From contig JAVKOQ020000027.1 in the NCBI GenBank assembly GCA_031835245.2, forward strand, positions 124,001-188,000: a stretch of 64,000 nt of DNA. The letters run 5' to 3'. Origin of the DNA: Balamuthia mandrillaris (Eukaryota). The notes beneath the pieces are model-generated. The model was not told where the DNA came from, ran no database searches, and worked only from the letters and a program-made list of their open reading frames with translations. Positions 26,546-38,707 of this stretch are shown here, piece by piece. Both the position numbers and the translations under genes were made by a program. How positions within the stretch are numbered: position 1 is the first letter of the stretch; every line of letters begins with the position of its first letter.

Positions 26546-27583
26546 TTAATCATCCAAGAGGCGAAGGGGGAAGTCCTGTAAGTCCATGGCAACGAGCTGG
26601 TACACCAACATCAACAAGACTGCATGAAAGAAAACAGACTGGCCACGGTACTTCTCTGCTGCTAAAGACCAGTTCTTGCCTAAGCCAATGACTGTTTCCA
26701 CCACGCTCCGGTACAACTTTTGCTTTTGATTCCATGAAAGCGGCATATACTTGCTTGGAGTTATCAAGCGATGATGTCTGTACCCACCATCTGCAAGAAG
26801 GTAAATTTGGTTGTCTTCCACAAATGCTCGAAGCCCTGAAATCACGAAGTTGGCTTGGTCGTTGTTATGGCCAAGCATAAGGGCAACATTGTAAAGGTCG
26901 CCAAACAGGGAGCAGGTGATCTGAGCACCAACAAAGTGAGCGTGCTTGTCGCCACGGTAGAGGTCGCCTTGTCGTGGATGGACTCGATGGCAAAAGTGGG
27001 GTGTGCCGTCAAGTGCGCCAACAACATTTTCAAAAGGATGAGGACGCCATACCATAGGCCAATGGATGTAATCCAAGTTGGCATAGAGAATAGGAGTGAT
27101 GTGGTGGATTTCACGGCAGACATATGGCCGGGACACATGAAACAAGTCTGCAACTCGTTTGTAGCGTCCTCCATCCCGCAGGTAGTTTAGTACTAAAGCC
27201 AGTTGGGCTTTTGGAGCCAGTGTACATGCTGTACATCGGTGTCTTTGGTTCCGTGGTTGCTGGAGCGTGGCAGAAACACGATGATATATCCGATCAAACT
27301 GGAAGCTCAGAAGGCCCGTATACTTGTGGGGATTAAGTTTACCAGCAAGTGGACCCAAGGAGTTGCGTGGAAGACTTGGAGATTTACGCCAAGGAGTCCT
27401 TCGTTGAGGCCTTCGTGCACCAATATGTCTCTTCCACTTTTTTGTCACATGCCAGGTGAGTTGTTTGGTCAGCAAAGCTATCAGCATCTGTTGTCTAAGT
27501 AACAATAAAAATAGGAGCTGTTGTTGAAAGAACAAAACAGAAATCAAAAGCAAAACGGCCCTACCAGAAGCGTTCCCCTGCAT
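26546..27583 (-). CDS. Harbinger/HARBI1-like DDE transposase (intronless, ORF intact)
   Basis: HTH (LALVLNYLRDGGRYKRVADLFHVSRPYV); DDE residues in GALDGTP, LLADGGY, RSVVETVIG. Confidence 0.92.
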   Translation of the reverse strand: MQGNASGRAVLLLISVLFFQQQLLFLLLLRQQMLIALLTKQLTWHVTKKWKRHIGARRPQRRTPWRKSPSLPRNSLGPLAGKLNPHKYTGLLSFQFDRIYHRVSATLQQPRNQRHRCTACTLAPKAQLALVLNYLRDGGRYKRVADLFHVSRPYVCREIHHITPILYANLDYIHWPMVWRPHPFENVVGALDGTPHFCHRVHPRQGDLYRGDKHAHFVGAQITCSLFGDLYNVALMLGHNNDQANFVISGLRAFVEDNQIYLLADGGYRHHRLITPSKYMPLSWNQKQKLYRSVVETVIGLGKNWSLAAEKYRGQSVFFHAVLLMLVYQLVAMDLQDFPLRLLDD

Positions 27584-27720
27584 CCTTCAATGAGTTTTTT
27601 TTTCTCCCTTTCTTTCTTTGATAGCGGAGAAAAAGATCGGAATTTTATCGCAAGCAAGGAGCAAAAAAAAAAAAATAAAAAAAAATAAAAAAAAAGAACA
27701 AACAGGAAGAGGTATCTGCC

Positions 27721-28560
27721 ATGAACCCGCCCGCCCCTGCAACGAAGGAGACACCCACCCCTGCAACAAAGGAAGGAACAAGCCCAACGGAGAAGGAGAC
27801 ACGCACCTCTTGGACAATAGAGGAAACCCTGGCGTTTGTGGATGTGGTCCACTCCGAAGGCAAGACCTGGGCAAAGGTCCTCAACATCCTCAAAAATGAC
27901 CGCCACTTATGTACCAACGTGAGTGATTGGAAACAATTGCGTAAAAAGTGGAATATGTTGACCAAACCAAAAAACCCTTTGGAGAAATGAGTAGAGAGAA
28001 AACCAACCCGCCTTCAATGGTCAAAAGCAGAAAGGCAACGCCTCACACAAGAGGAAATCAAACAGAAGGAGGCGGAGTTGGCGCAACGTCAACAACATGA
28101 AGTGGAAGAATGTCGTGAGGCGTTGGAAAAAATCAAAAAGGTTGAAGAACGGGAGACTCTTTTGTTGTCAAACAAAAGAAAAAAAGAGGACGAAGTAAGA
28201 GAAGAAATAGAAGAGGAGGAGGATAAAAAACAAGCGAAACGAGAGGAGCGCCTGCAACAATGGCAAGAACTACAACAAAATGAAGCCCAGTTCAGAACGA
28301 TGGTCACCAAAAGCTTGGAAACAACCAACCGCGCCATTGAACAACTAGTGACACTTCAGCAACAGTTTTTGCATACATTGCTGCTGCTATTCTCTGGCTT
28401 TCCTGCTTCAACACAATCTTCTTCAACAACCTCTTTAGCTTCCTTGTCAAGTGCGCCCATTGCTTCAGCCACCTCCTCTCTTTTCCCTTCCGTTGGAGCT
28501 TCAACGACCAACACTACCAGATCCACCACAGCTCCACCTTTGCCACAAGATTTGCCATAG
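27721..28560 (+). pseudogene. Harbinger Myb/SANT-like helper protein with coiled coil, interrupted by one in-frame TGA at 27988-27990
   Basis: WTIEETLAFV...WAKV...QLRKKWNML Myb/trihelix pattern; ORFs 27721-27990 and 28078-28560 share a frame, and the sequence between them is open. Confidence 0.8.
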
Positions 28561-28978
28561 ATACTATTTGACGATTTTTATTGATTAACACGAATTTTTT
28601 TATTGTCAAAAATCAAGGGCTTGGACTTTGAAACGATTTTTTTGGTTTTCTGGGCCTGGGCCTAGATTTTTAGGCCCGTCGACACAAAAACCCCGAAATC
28701 TCCTGGAAAACAACAAATAAGGCCCAGGTCCTGGGTTTGAGAATTCCTCAATTGGAACTTCCGCTGAGTCCAAGTCTTTATTGTTTTTCATGTCGACACG
28801 AAACAATCAATGATAGATAGCGAAAACCCTCAAGCATCATTTTTTTTCTTTGTTGTTTTTTGATTGGAAGATTAGAAGAGGAAGAGGCCATTGTTGCTGA
28901 CTTCTTTCTGTGATCCCTCCTCCTCGTCCAACTCCTTCCTCCCCCTGCTTTCTTTTCTTTCACTCCCTTCTCATCATC

Positions 28979-30890
28979 ATGTCGAGTCTTCGCATGCTCA
29001 ACCCCAACTCTGAAATCGCGGGGCGGGACATGGCCCTCGCGATGAACATCAACGCTGGGCAGGGCCTGCAGAACGTCCTCAAGTCCAATCTCGGACCCAA
29101 AGGAACCATGAAGATGTACATATATATATTTTTTTTTGAAAGCATTTTTTTTAAAAAGAACCCACCACGACCGCTACCTTTTTTTTGTCATGATGGGAGT
29201 GTAGTAACCTCGCTGTGACGGCTTGGACTTGTTCACTAATTGTTTTTTTTTTTGTGTGACTGTAGGTTGGTCTCTGGTGGTGGTGACATTAAACTCACAA
29301 AAGATGGCAGTGTCTTGCTCCACGAGATGGTGCGTTGTTGTTGTTATGATTTTTGATTTTTCTTCTTTCCTACGCCTTACTTTTTTGTTTTGCTGACACT
29401 CGCTCTCTTCTCCGTTACTCCTCACACTTCTCTGTTACTCCCATTTTTGCTTTCTCCTCTATTTCTCCCTTTTATTCTCTTCTCCTCTCTCTCTTTCTCT
29501 CACTCTAAATGAACAGCAAATCCAACATCCCACTGCCGCCCTTATCGCTCGTTCCGCCACCGCACAAGACGACGTTGTGGGTGACGGCACCACCTCCAAC
29601 GTCCTGATCATTGGAGAACTCCTGAAGCAGGCCGCCAGGTACCTGGCCGAGAAGCTCCACCCCAGAATCATCACCGAAGGCTTTGACCTCGCCCGCGTGA
29701 GGGCCCTGGAGTTCCTCGAGAAGTCCAAGGTGGAGAAGGACACGACAGACCGCGAGCTGTTGACGAGCGTGGCTCGCACCTCCCTCCGCACCAAAGTGCC
29801 CCAAAAGGTGGCCGACCTCTTGACGGAGATCGTGGTGGACGCCGTCCTCACCATCCGCCGACCGGAGCAACCCATTGACTTGCACATGATTGAGGTGATG
29901 ACCATGCCGCACCGCAGCACCACGGACTCGAGGCTGGTCAAGGGATTGGTGTTGGACCACGGAGGAAGACATCCTGACATGCCCAAGCGTCTGGAGAACT
30001 GCTATATCCTCATTTGCAACGTCTCTTTGGAGTTTGACAAACCGTGCGTGTCTTCTCACTCTCTCTCGTTTGCTCTCGTTAACCAAGTTTTTTGTGCATT
30101 TAAATAGTGAGCTTAAAGCCACCGTTTCCTACTCCAACGCTGCTCAAAGGGAAAAGCTTGTGGAAGCTGAACACAAAATCACAGACATGCGCACCCGTCA
30201 AATCATTGAACTCAAACGAAAGGTTGTTTCCTCTCCTCCTCCCCTCTTCCTCTCTCTCTCTCTCTCTCTCTCTGTCCTTAACAGTTTTATTTATCTTGTA
30301 AAGGTATGCGACGGCAACGACAAAAGCTTTGTGGTAATCAACCAAAAGGGCATTGACCCGCTGGCCTTGGACATGTTCGCCAAAGAGGGCATCCTCGCCC
30401 TCCGCCGCGCCAAGCGAAGGAACATGGAGCGCCTAACTTTGGCCTGCGGTGGCGTGCAGGTTAACACCCTCGACGACCTCGACGCCAGCGTGCTTGGCTC
30501 TGCCGGGCTGGTCTACGAGATGACACTTGGCGAGGAGAAGTTCACCTTTGTGGAGAAAGTGGAGAACCCCTTCTCCTGCACCATCCTCATCAAGGGTCCC
30601 AATCAGCACACCATCCTGCAGGTGAAGGACGCCTGCCGAGATGGCATTCGCGCGGTGAAAAACGCCCTTGACGACCGGTGCGTCCTTCCCGGCGGCGGCG
30701 CCTTTGAGATTGCCCTTCATGATCACCTCGTCAAGTACAAGGAGGAGGTCAAGGGCCGTGCCAAGGTGGGCGTACAGGCCTTTGCGGATGCCATGCTGGT
30801 CATTCCGAAGACCCTTGCGGAGAACTCAGGCTTTGACCAGCAGGACTGCTTGATTGCTTTGCAGGTTTGTTGTATTCTTCTCTCTCTATC

Positions 30891-30940
<50 letters not shown>

Positions 30941-31348
30941 GGGCACGTGAAATTTTATATTTTTATCGATGATGAGAAACCAAAATGATCATTTTTTGGA
31001 TGATTTTAAACGTCACATTTAATTTTATCACAGTTTGTATTTTCTGAAGAGCTATTCTTCTGTGCTCATCAAACTCCTCTCTTCTTCTTGAAACTTCTCT
31101 CCCTCCCCTCTTTTCTGACCCCGTTTCTCGAAACTTTCAACCACCAGGAGGGACTGGCAGCAGGACACACAGTGGGATTGGACTTGGAGACGGGCGAGCC
31201 GATGGACGCGGAGGTGGAGGGCGTTTGGGACAACTACCGAGTGAAGCGCCAGATGCTCCACTCGGCCACCGTGATAGCCACACAGATCCTTCTCGTGGAT
31301 GAGATCATGAAGGCTGGTAAGTCACAGAACCAACAACCACAACAATAA
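28979..31348 (+). CDS. CCT6: T-complex protein 1 subunit zeta
   Basis: [60 protein letters not shown]. Confidence 0.97.
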
Positions 31349-31416
31349 CTTAAAAAAACATAAAACAAAAACGTTGTTCCTGTGCAAGGAATAAAACACA
31401 AAAGTGAAACAATGTT

Positions 31417-31490
31417 TCTTTTTCTTTTTCTTTTTCTTTTTCTTTTTCTTTTTCTTTTTCTTTTTCTTTTTCTTTTTCTTTTTCTTTTCT
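31417..31490. repeat. (TTTTTC)n hexamer repeat
   Basis: Tandem repeat visible in sequence. Confidence 0.9.
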
Positions 31491-32431
31491 TCTTCTTGCT
31501 GTAGATGTGGTAACATGTATTGCATTTTTGTCAATTCCGATCGGAAGCCCAAATATTGTAGAGAGGAGGACGTCAAAGAGTAAGTGCAATGCTTGAGAGG
31601 ACTGAGTTGGCAAAAGATAACGATCAGGTTTAGAGAAGAGCTCCTCCGAGAAGAGAGGGACGGCGAAGAAGGAGGAGAGAGGAAAGGTGCAGATGGAAGA
31701 GTGAGGAAATGGAGAGAGTTCAAGGAGGTTGTGCTGAGCGAGGTTGGCGAGAATGGAGGAGGTAATCAGCACCTTGGTGACTTTTCTTTGTACTTGAAGA
31801 GCATGGGGTTGGACCATGTCTTTAGTCATGTGTTCTTTCTTTTCATTCAAGAGGAACGTGAAAGAATGGAAACTACAATGAACCCAAACCGTCGTCATCA
31901 AGAGCTTCGTTTTGTCTTCAGAGGAAGGAGGAAGAGGGAGAAGCTATCATTCGGGAAGTTGGAGCAGCAACGAGAATGACCAACGCCTTGGCGCGGAGCG
32001 GCAGGTTCAATTCCGAGACTACAAGTCGACATTGGAAGACAAGACAACATGGACTCCAGGAAAGAAGAGAGAAAGGAAGTGGCGGAGATACTGAGAAGCA
32101 GAGAAAAAGTAGAGCAAATCTAGCCTGTTTCTTTCAAAGAACATGCTACTTATACTCTTTAACCCTTTCTCTTTCTCAACATTCACTTTTGTTAATGTAC
32201 GAAGCACTAAACGACTCACATTGTTCATCGGCATGAAATGCTCGTGCTCATTCATAAAAGGAAGGGCCAACAAACAAATGCAGGAAGGCAAGAACTACCT
32301 ACTCGGCATGAAAAGAAAGAAGAAGAAAATGACGAACATCTGAATAGGAGTGATATCCTGAGCGAGTATACTCGGCACGGTTGCTTCACCATTTATTGTT
32401 GTTGATCACGTGTTGATAAAAATACAGCTGT

Positions 32432-33082
32432 TCAACTCTCGTCTGTATAATTATAATAGCCCAGGAAAAGAATGCACACGAACCACACAACAAAGAGGCA
32501 CGCGGTCATCCTTTGTTGTCGCTCTCTTTCTTCCCTCTCCCTCCTCTCTCTTTCCTCTCTCTTTTTCCTTTCTTTTCGCTCATAATAGTCGAATAGGCCC
32601 CAGCCAAGACCCGCCAACACTGCACCTCCCACAAGCAGCGAAGCCTCCATTTTGTGAGATCCACAGACAGTATCCGTTTGGGAGTAGTCCTCATTCTCAT
32701 TTGGGAAGAGGTCTGGCAGCTCCTTCAGAACGTTTTCTAAGCGTGGTTTGTCATCAAGATCCCTGAGTTTTACTGCCGGGAAACGACTTAGCCACTTCTT
32801 CTTGTAGCCCTTATCCCCGCCGCAAACAACGAGTATGTTGTGTTCTTGAGTATAGTGATTTTTCACGTAGTCCACGATGGTTTTGTCTACAGCGTCTTTT
32901 CCTGAAAATTTGGTAGGGTGCTTGTGCTTGATCCAGCTGGCGGCTCTCTTTGGATGGTGTAGCCCTTCAACGTAGAACAAGATGACCTTGATGTTTTCTG
33001 GTTGTGGAAGGTGCTCCGTGTCCGTAGCAAAGCTTTGGCACTTGTTCTCAGAGTCCACCAGTATCAACGTGCTCTTCTTCAT
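32432..33082 (-). CDS. PIN/NYN (LabA-like) domain protein with hydrophobic C-terminal segment
   Basis: ILVDSEN...GKDAVDKTI...ILVVCGGDKGY resembles the NYN DxEN / K.A.D / S.D.DF motifs; LLVGGAVLAGLGWGL is TM-like. Confidence 0.6.
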   Translation of the reverse strand: MKKSTLILVDSENKCQSFATDTEHLPQPENIKVILFYVEGLHHPKRAASWIKHKHPTKFSGKDAVDKTIVDYVKNHYTQEHNILVVCGGDKGYKKKWLSRFPAVKLRDLDDKPRLENVLKELPDLFPNENEDYSQTDTVCGSHKMEASLLVGGAVLAGLGWGLFDYYERKERKKREERERREREERERQQRMTACLFVVWFVCILFLGYYNYTDES

Positions 33083-33176
33083 TTTTTTGTTATGAAAACA
33101 ATCGCTGTAATGCTGTCGGCAAAAATCAAGGGAGAAGAAAGGGAAACATTCATCAGAAAAATGAAACCTTTTATAA

Positions 33177-33809
33177 CTAAATGAGATACATTCTTCTTGC
33201 TTTGATTGTCAACCACACACCAAAAGCAAAACCTACTAAGACTGAAACCGCGCTATTCCAGCCAGACATGTCCTTCTTGGGAGGCTCTTTATCTAGGCCT
33301 TCTATCTCTAGAAGCTCCTTGTCTATCTTTGGATACTCCTTCAGTGGTACTTCTTCCTCTGAAAGCTCCTTCTTAAGTTCTTCTTTCAACAGAAGTTCCT
33401 TGTTCAGAATCTCCGTGGCTGAGGGCGGAAAGTAGCTTTGTAGCTCCATTAAAACTTGCCACAAGCGACGCTCATTCCCATTTTCTATGAGTTGGATTGT
33501 TGAGAAGCGGCCCAGCTGCTTCCTGTAGCCCTTGTCCCCACCGCAAACAATGAGCACGTTGTGTTCACGAAAGTATTCCTCTGCGTCATCCAAGATGGTT
33601 TTGTCCACTGCATTTTTCCCTCTGTAAAGGGTGGGGTGCTTGTGCTCGATCCAGTCGGCCACCCGCTTTGAGGAGGGTTTGAATTTGTGTTGGTAGTAAA
33701 GGATGACCCTCACGTTTTGCGGTTGTCGCAAGTTCACCGAGTCCCTAGCGAAGCGCTGGCAGCCGTTCTCCCAGCCCACAAGAATAAAAGTGCAAGGTAA
33801 TGATTTCAT
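33177..33809 (-). CDS. Tandem paralog of the PIN/NYN-like protein, tail-anchored
   Basis: ILVGWEN...HKHPT..GKNAVDKTI...LIVCGGDKGY aligns with the neighbour; C-terminal TM AVSVLVGFAFGVWLTI followed by KARR. Confidence 0.6.
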   Translation of the reverse strand: MKSLPCTFILVGWENGCQRFARDSVNLRQPQNVRVILYYQHKFKPSSKRVADWIEHKHPTLYRGKNAVDKTILDDAEEYFREHNVLIVCGGDKGYRKQLGRFSTIQLIENGNERRLWQVLMELQSYFPPSATEILNKELLLKEELKKELSEEEVPLKEYPKIDKELLEIEGLDKEPPKKDMSGWNSAVSVLVGFAFGVWLTIKARRMYLI

Positions 33810-34308
33810 TTTTTGCCGACACCCGGAAATTCGGTACCTTGCTGACGTCACTAGTTAGAACGAAGAAGAAAGAGAGAAAGAATACCAACTGCACGCTTGT
33901 TGTGTGCGTTGATCCTTGGTTGAAGCTTCTTCCTGAAAGAGGAGGGGTTTTTTTTGTTTTGAAAAAAGAAACAAACAAACAAAAAAAGGTTCACCGGTAA
34001 CGATGCCGCAAACGACGTTGAAACAGACCAAAAGGAGTGTGGTGGCCAGCAAGAAACAAACCCAACCCAACAAACGGATACTTAAGAGTAAGTAGTACTA
34101 GTTCGAAAAGAATAGCATGATTTTGGTCCTCTCTCTCTCTCTCTCCTCTAATTCCCTTTTTTCTTTGTAGATAAAAAGCCACAACAAGCCAAGAGAACAG
34201 CCAGCCATGCAGAGAACTTAAGAAAGGTTTGTTTTGCCTTTGTTGGTAGTCCGTTCACTTCAATCCCTCTCAAATCGGTTGGTGTTCTTCACAAAAAACA
34301 AAAAGAAA

Positions 34309-34665
34309 ATGACGAGCCAAATCAATCAAAACATCGAACGAGTTATGATGGCGCGAGTGCTGGACGCCAACGGAAAGCTCAACCTCCTGAAGAAGGAGGA
34401 GAAGCAGCCCGGCCCCAAGCTCAACAACAAGAAGAAGACGCTCATCAGGAAGGTGGCCAAGCACGAGCGGCGCTTCGGCACCGCCCCTCCACCAAAGAAA
34501 AAGAAGGAGGAGGAAGAGGAGACAAAGAGCGCCGCGTTGAAGGCTGCTGTTGAGGAGGACTTGGAAGAAGAAAAGAAAGAGGAAACAGAGGACCGGTCAC
34601 GCTCCGACGAGGACTCTGGCTCTGATGAGGATGACTCTGACTCGGATGCTTCTTCTTCTTCATAA
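34309..34665 (+). CDS. Small basic/acidic hypothetical protein
   Basis: GC-rich codon bias, A-rich leader before the ATG, open frame to TAA. Confidence 0.6.
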   Translation: MTSQINQNIERVMMARVLDANGKLNLLKKEEKQPGPKLNNKKKTLIRKVAKHERRFGTAPPPKKKKEEEEETKSAALKAAVEEDLEEEKKEETEDRSRSDEDSGSDEDDSDSDASSSS

Positions 34666-34782
34666 CCGCGTTTAACTTCTTCTTCTTCTTCTCCAAACTG
34701 CACTTCATTCAACTACAAACAATAACAAAAAAGTGTTACATCAGCACAACAAACATACTTCTTCTCTGCACTATGGCTGTGC

Positions 34783-35292
34783 TTAGTTTTGGAAGAGGGA
34801 GGCCTTCTCCTTGAAAGCAGCCTTTTTAGCACGAGCCTCCTCCGCCTCCTTCTTGCGTTGGTCATAGTAGGCCCTGTCCCTCTCAGCGGGGGAGTCATTG
34901 AGCGCCTTGGCCTTGGCCTCAAAGAAGGCGGCAGCGCCGCGTGCGCCCACCGCGTCCACGTTCACGCTGGAGGCGAGGGCTCGCAAGCCCTCATGGCGGA
35001 GTTGACCCGTCTTGGCGTAGCGGAAGATCAGAAGGAACTCCCGGTAGCTCATCTGCTCGTCTCGGTCCTCGTCCACCTCGGCGATCATGGCCTTGAGGGC
35101 GAGGTGCGTTTGCGGCTTGCCCAGCTTTTCCATGAGGTACTTGAGCTCGAGGAGGCCGAGCACGCCGGTCTCGTTGTTGGTGTACTTGACGAAGAGCGTC
35201 TCATATTCCTTGAGCTCGCCGATGCTGAGCTCTTTGAACTCGGTGCGAGCGGCTTGGAAGGCTTTCTTGAGGGCGGGTGATGCTGTGTTCAT
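34783..35292 (-). CDS. EF-hand protein, swiprosin/EFHD-like
   Basis: ELKYLMEKLGKPQTHLALKAMIAEVDEDRDEQMSYREFLLIFR, GAAAFFEAKA, KAAFKEKASLF. Confidence 0.9.
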   Translation of the reverse strand: MNTASPALKKAFQAARTEFKELSIGELKEYETLFVKYTNNETGVLGLLELKYLMEKLGKPQTHLALKAMIAEVDEDRDEQMSYREFLLIFRYAKTGQLRHEGLRALASSVNVDAVGARGAAAFFEAKAKALNDSPAERDRAYYDQRKKEAEEARAKKAAFKEKASLFQN

Positions 35293-35584
35293 TCTTCTCT
35301 CTTTTCTTTTCTTTTAATTTTTGTTTCTGGCCAAACTGAAGCGTGCTTACGTAATTTCGTCGACAAAATCACACGTAACACGAACCTAAAATTGGATAAA
35401 CGCACGTCACGATCAAGCTTCGGGTCAATCGAAGATCTAATTTACCGTCGACAATGTGTCGACCAAAAAGAGGCAAGCCTTTTTTCTTGCCGACACCGAA
35501 AAGAAAGAAAGAGGCACCGCGGAACGCTCACAGAGTCTTGTTGATTTAAACTCGTGCAGTGAGTCTTTTTTCTCGTTAAACAAG

Positions 35585-36980
35585 ATGGAAGCTGGTGGGC
35601 CAAAGAGGAAGAGATTGGTGGAAGAGGATGAGGAGAATAATGACGCCCCTGTAGGACCTCCCGCTCCTGCTTCCTTGAAGAAGAAGAACAAAAACAAGAA
35701 GCGAGATGACGATGAAGAAAAGAGTGGCAGTGAGGAGGAAGAGGGTGGTGGCCCTTCAGTAGGTCCACCCGCTCCTCCCGCTTTCAAACGATCCAAAACC
35801 GCAAAAGACAGCGAGGAGGAGGAAGAAGAAGCTCACAGGCAATCACAACAGCAGAAGAACATTGCCAAGAAGAAGAAGCAAAAGACACTCAAGTACGAGA
35901 AACTCTACTTGGAGCGACTGCCCAGCGCGGAGATGTATGAGATCTCGTACATGCACAGGGACGTGGTCACGCATACGGCCGTCTCGCCCAAGGACTTTTT
36001 CATCACCGCCAGCAAGGACGGCCACCTCAAGTTCTGGAAGAAGAAGCCGGAGGGCATCGAGTTTGTGAAGCATTTCAGAGCTCACCTTGGTTCGTTCTCA
36101 TCCTACGCTTTCACTTTGTTTTTGTTGTGTCTGTTGTCTTGGGAGTTTGTTATTCTGTCTCTGCTCTCTGCTCTCTTTCGTTCTCTCGTCATCGCCTCTC
36201 TTCTCTCTGCCTCCGTTTCTTTCTCATTCTTGTTCTTCCCGAATCATTACTTACAAACTGTTTGGCTTGTAGGTCCCATAACATGCATGGCTGTCAGTCA
36301 AGACGGTTCCCTCCTATGCACCATATCCAAGGACAGAACGCTAAAGATCTTTGACGTGGTTAGCTTTGGTAAATATATATTTCCTCTTAGTCTTTTGAAT
36401 GGTTTTGTTTTTATTCAACAACATAACTTGGCATATCCCAATTGCAGACATGATCAACATGTTAAACCTTGACTATGAGCCTTCTGTCTGTGAATGGATT
36501 TTGCACAAGAACACCGGCAAAGATCTAGTGGCTTGGTAATATGTCCCCTCTGCTCTCTTCTATTTCTTCTTTGCTTTTTCGCTCTTGTCTCTCTTAATCT
36601 TTTCTGGACATAAACTGATTTTGCGATGACAGTGGCGACAGAGAACATAATCTCATTCGCATCTACACAGTAGATCCAGCTCTTGAAAACAACATCCCAA
36701 AACCTCTTCATACTATTGATGTGCACAATCGCCCAGTCATTCTGCTTCGAGTGCGTTTTCCTCCCTCTCGTGTATGGCAAATAGAGACAATTTTGACCAA
36801 AAAAGCTACTCCCACCAACCTTAGTATAATCCTGTTTATGACGTGGCTGTTTCCATCGATGAATCTGGCATGATAGAGTATTGGTCCGGGTCTAACTTTG
36901 AGTTCCCCAGCAATATACATTTCCAATACAAAACTGACACAGACCTGTATGAGTTTTTGAAGGTTACCTCTCTCTTCCTC

Positions 36981-37023
<43 letters not shown>

Positions 37024-38411
37024 TTACCTTGCAATCCTTATTCATATTATCTATAAAATTCTAGAAAAAAACGCTTCCAACATCTTTGGCTTTCAGTCCA
37101 GATGGCAGATTGTTTGCTACTATGGGCAAAGACAGACACGTTAGATTGTTCAACTTTCTTACGGGGCGACTTCACAGAACTTATGAAGAGTCCTTAACTG
37201 TGTTCAACGAGCTACAAAAAGAGGAAAACTCAGTCTACAAGCTGGATCCCATTGATTTTGGACGGCGAATGGCCGTGGAAAGAGCCATAGATACGGAGGA
37301 CGTCCCTCCCTCCAACGTTGTGTTTGACGAGAGCTCTAATTTTGTGCTGTACCCTACCATGCTGGGTATTAAAGGTACCTCCTAGTTCGTTTATTCTTGC
37401 GTTTCTCCTTCTTTTGGGCTCTAAATCACTCACTATTACCTTTTAACAACAAATCTTTGTAGTCGTGAATATTGTAACCAACAAGATGGTGCGGATTGTT
37501 GGACGTTCAGAAAACACAGAACGGTTCTTGGCTATATCGCTGTGGCAGGGCAAGACGCAGGGCTCTGTGGAAATGGGAGATGCGCCCAGGGAGGCAAACT
37601 ATGATCCTACCATCATCTGTGCTGCCTACAAGAAGCAGCGGTTTTATCTGTTCACAAGGAGAGAACCCGTCGAACCTTCTGAGTATGAACTCTTTGTCCC
37701 CTCTTCCTTCTTTCATCTTTTTTCATTCTTCTGTTTGCTCTTCCTCTGATAGACTTTGTTACTTACGGAATTGCTTTCCTCAGAGAGGACGTTTTACGTG
37801 GCGGAGGAAGAGATGTATTTAACGAAAGGCCTCCTAAAGAGGAACAAGTCCTCGTCAAGAAAAAGACCAACCAAGTGGGAACCAACGCCGTTATTCATAC
37901 CACTATGGGCGATATCCATGTCACCCTATTCCCCAACGAGTACGTTTCTTTCGCTCTTCTTTCTCTTTTAAAAGAAACTCACCCCTTCTTTCGTTAAAGA
38001 TGTCCAAAGACAGTGGAGAACTTTGTTACCCACAGTAAGAACGGCTATTACAACGGTCTCATCTTCCATCGTGTCATTCGCGGCTTCATGATCCAGACAG
38101 GAGATCCTTTGGGTGACGGCACAGGCGGCACTTCCATTTGGGGCACAGAATTCGAGGACGAGTTTCACCCCAAGTTGAGGCACGATCGACCGTTCACCGT
38201 TTCCATGGCCAACGCCGGCCCCAACACGAACGGCTCCCAATTCTTTATCACCACGGTGGCTTTGCCTCGATTGGACAACAAGCACACGGTCTTTGGACGC
38301 GTTACCAAGGGCAGCGATGTGGTTCTGAATATAGAGAGGGTGAAGACCGACAAGCAGGATAAACCCTACGAAGACATCAAGATTGTGAACATCACGGTTG
38401 GCAATGCATAA
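35585..38411 (+). CDS. PPWD1: Peptidylprolyl isomerase domain and WD repeat protein 1
   Basis: [33 protein letters not shown], cyclophilin [15 protein letters not shown]...SQFFITT. Confidence 0.96.
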
Positions 38412-38529
38412 CAAAACAAACGAAGAGTAAGCTTTCGGTCCTGTTCTTATATCAGGAGAGGAACTTCGAACGATCGACGTGAGACGATTGGTTATGATTA
38501 TGAGAGTGTTTTTTTTTCTTTGTTGTTGT

Positions 38530-38575
<46 letters not shown>

Positions 38576-38707
38576 AAGAGAGAGATAAAAGAGATGAGAT
38601 GCAAGAGATGAAAAGAAAAAAAAGATTGTCCCTCCACGAAAAAACAACACTGTTTTTTATTTTTGCTGTGCACTATTTGTCTGTCCTCTTCATTTTGCTT
38701 GCGTTAT

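Larger units (their letters stand above)
26399..28749. mobile_element. PIF/Harbinger DNA transposon (~2.35 kb)
   Basis: TIRs GAGGAATTCTCAAACCCAGG..GGGCCTTATTT and AAATAAGGCCC..CCTGGGTTTGAGAATTCCTC; 3-bp direct duplication AAT at 26396-26398 and 28750-28752; contains a DDE transposase and a Myb-like gene. Confidence 0.93.
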
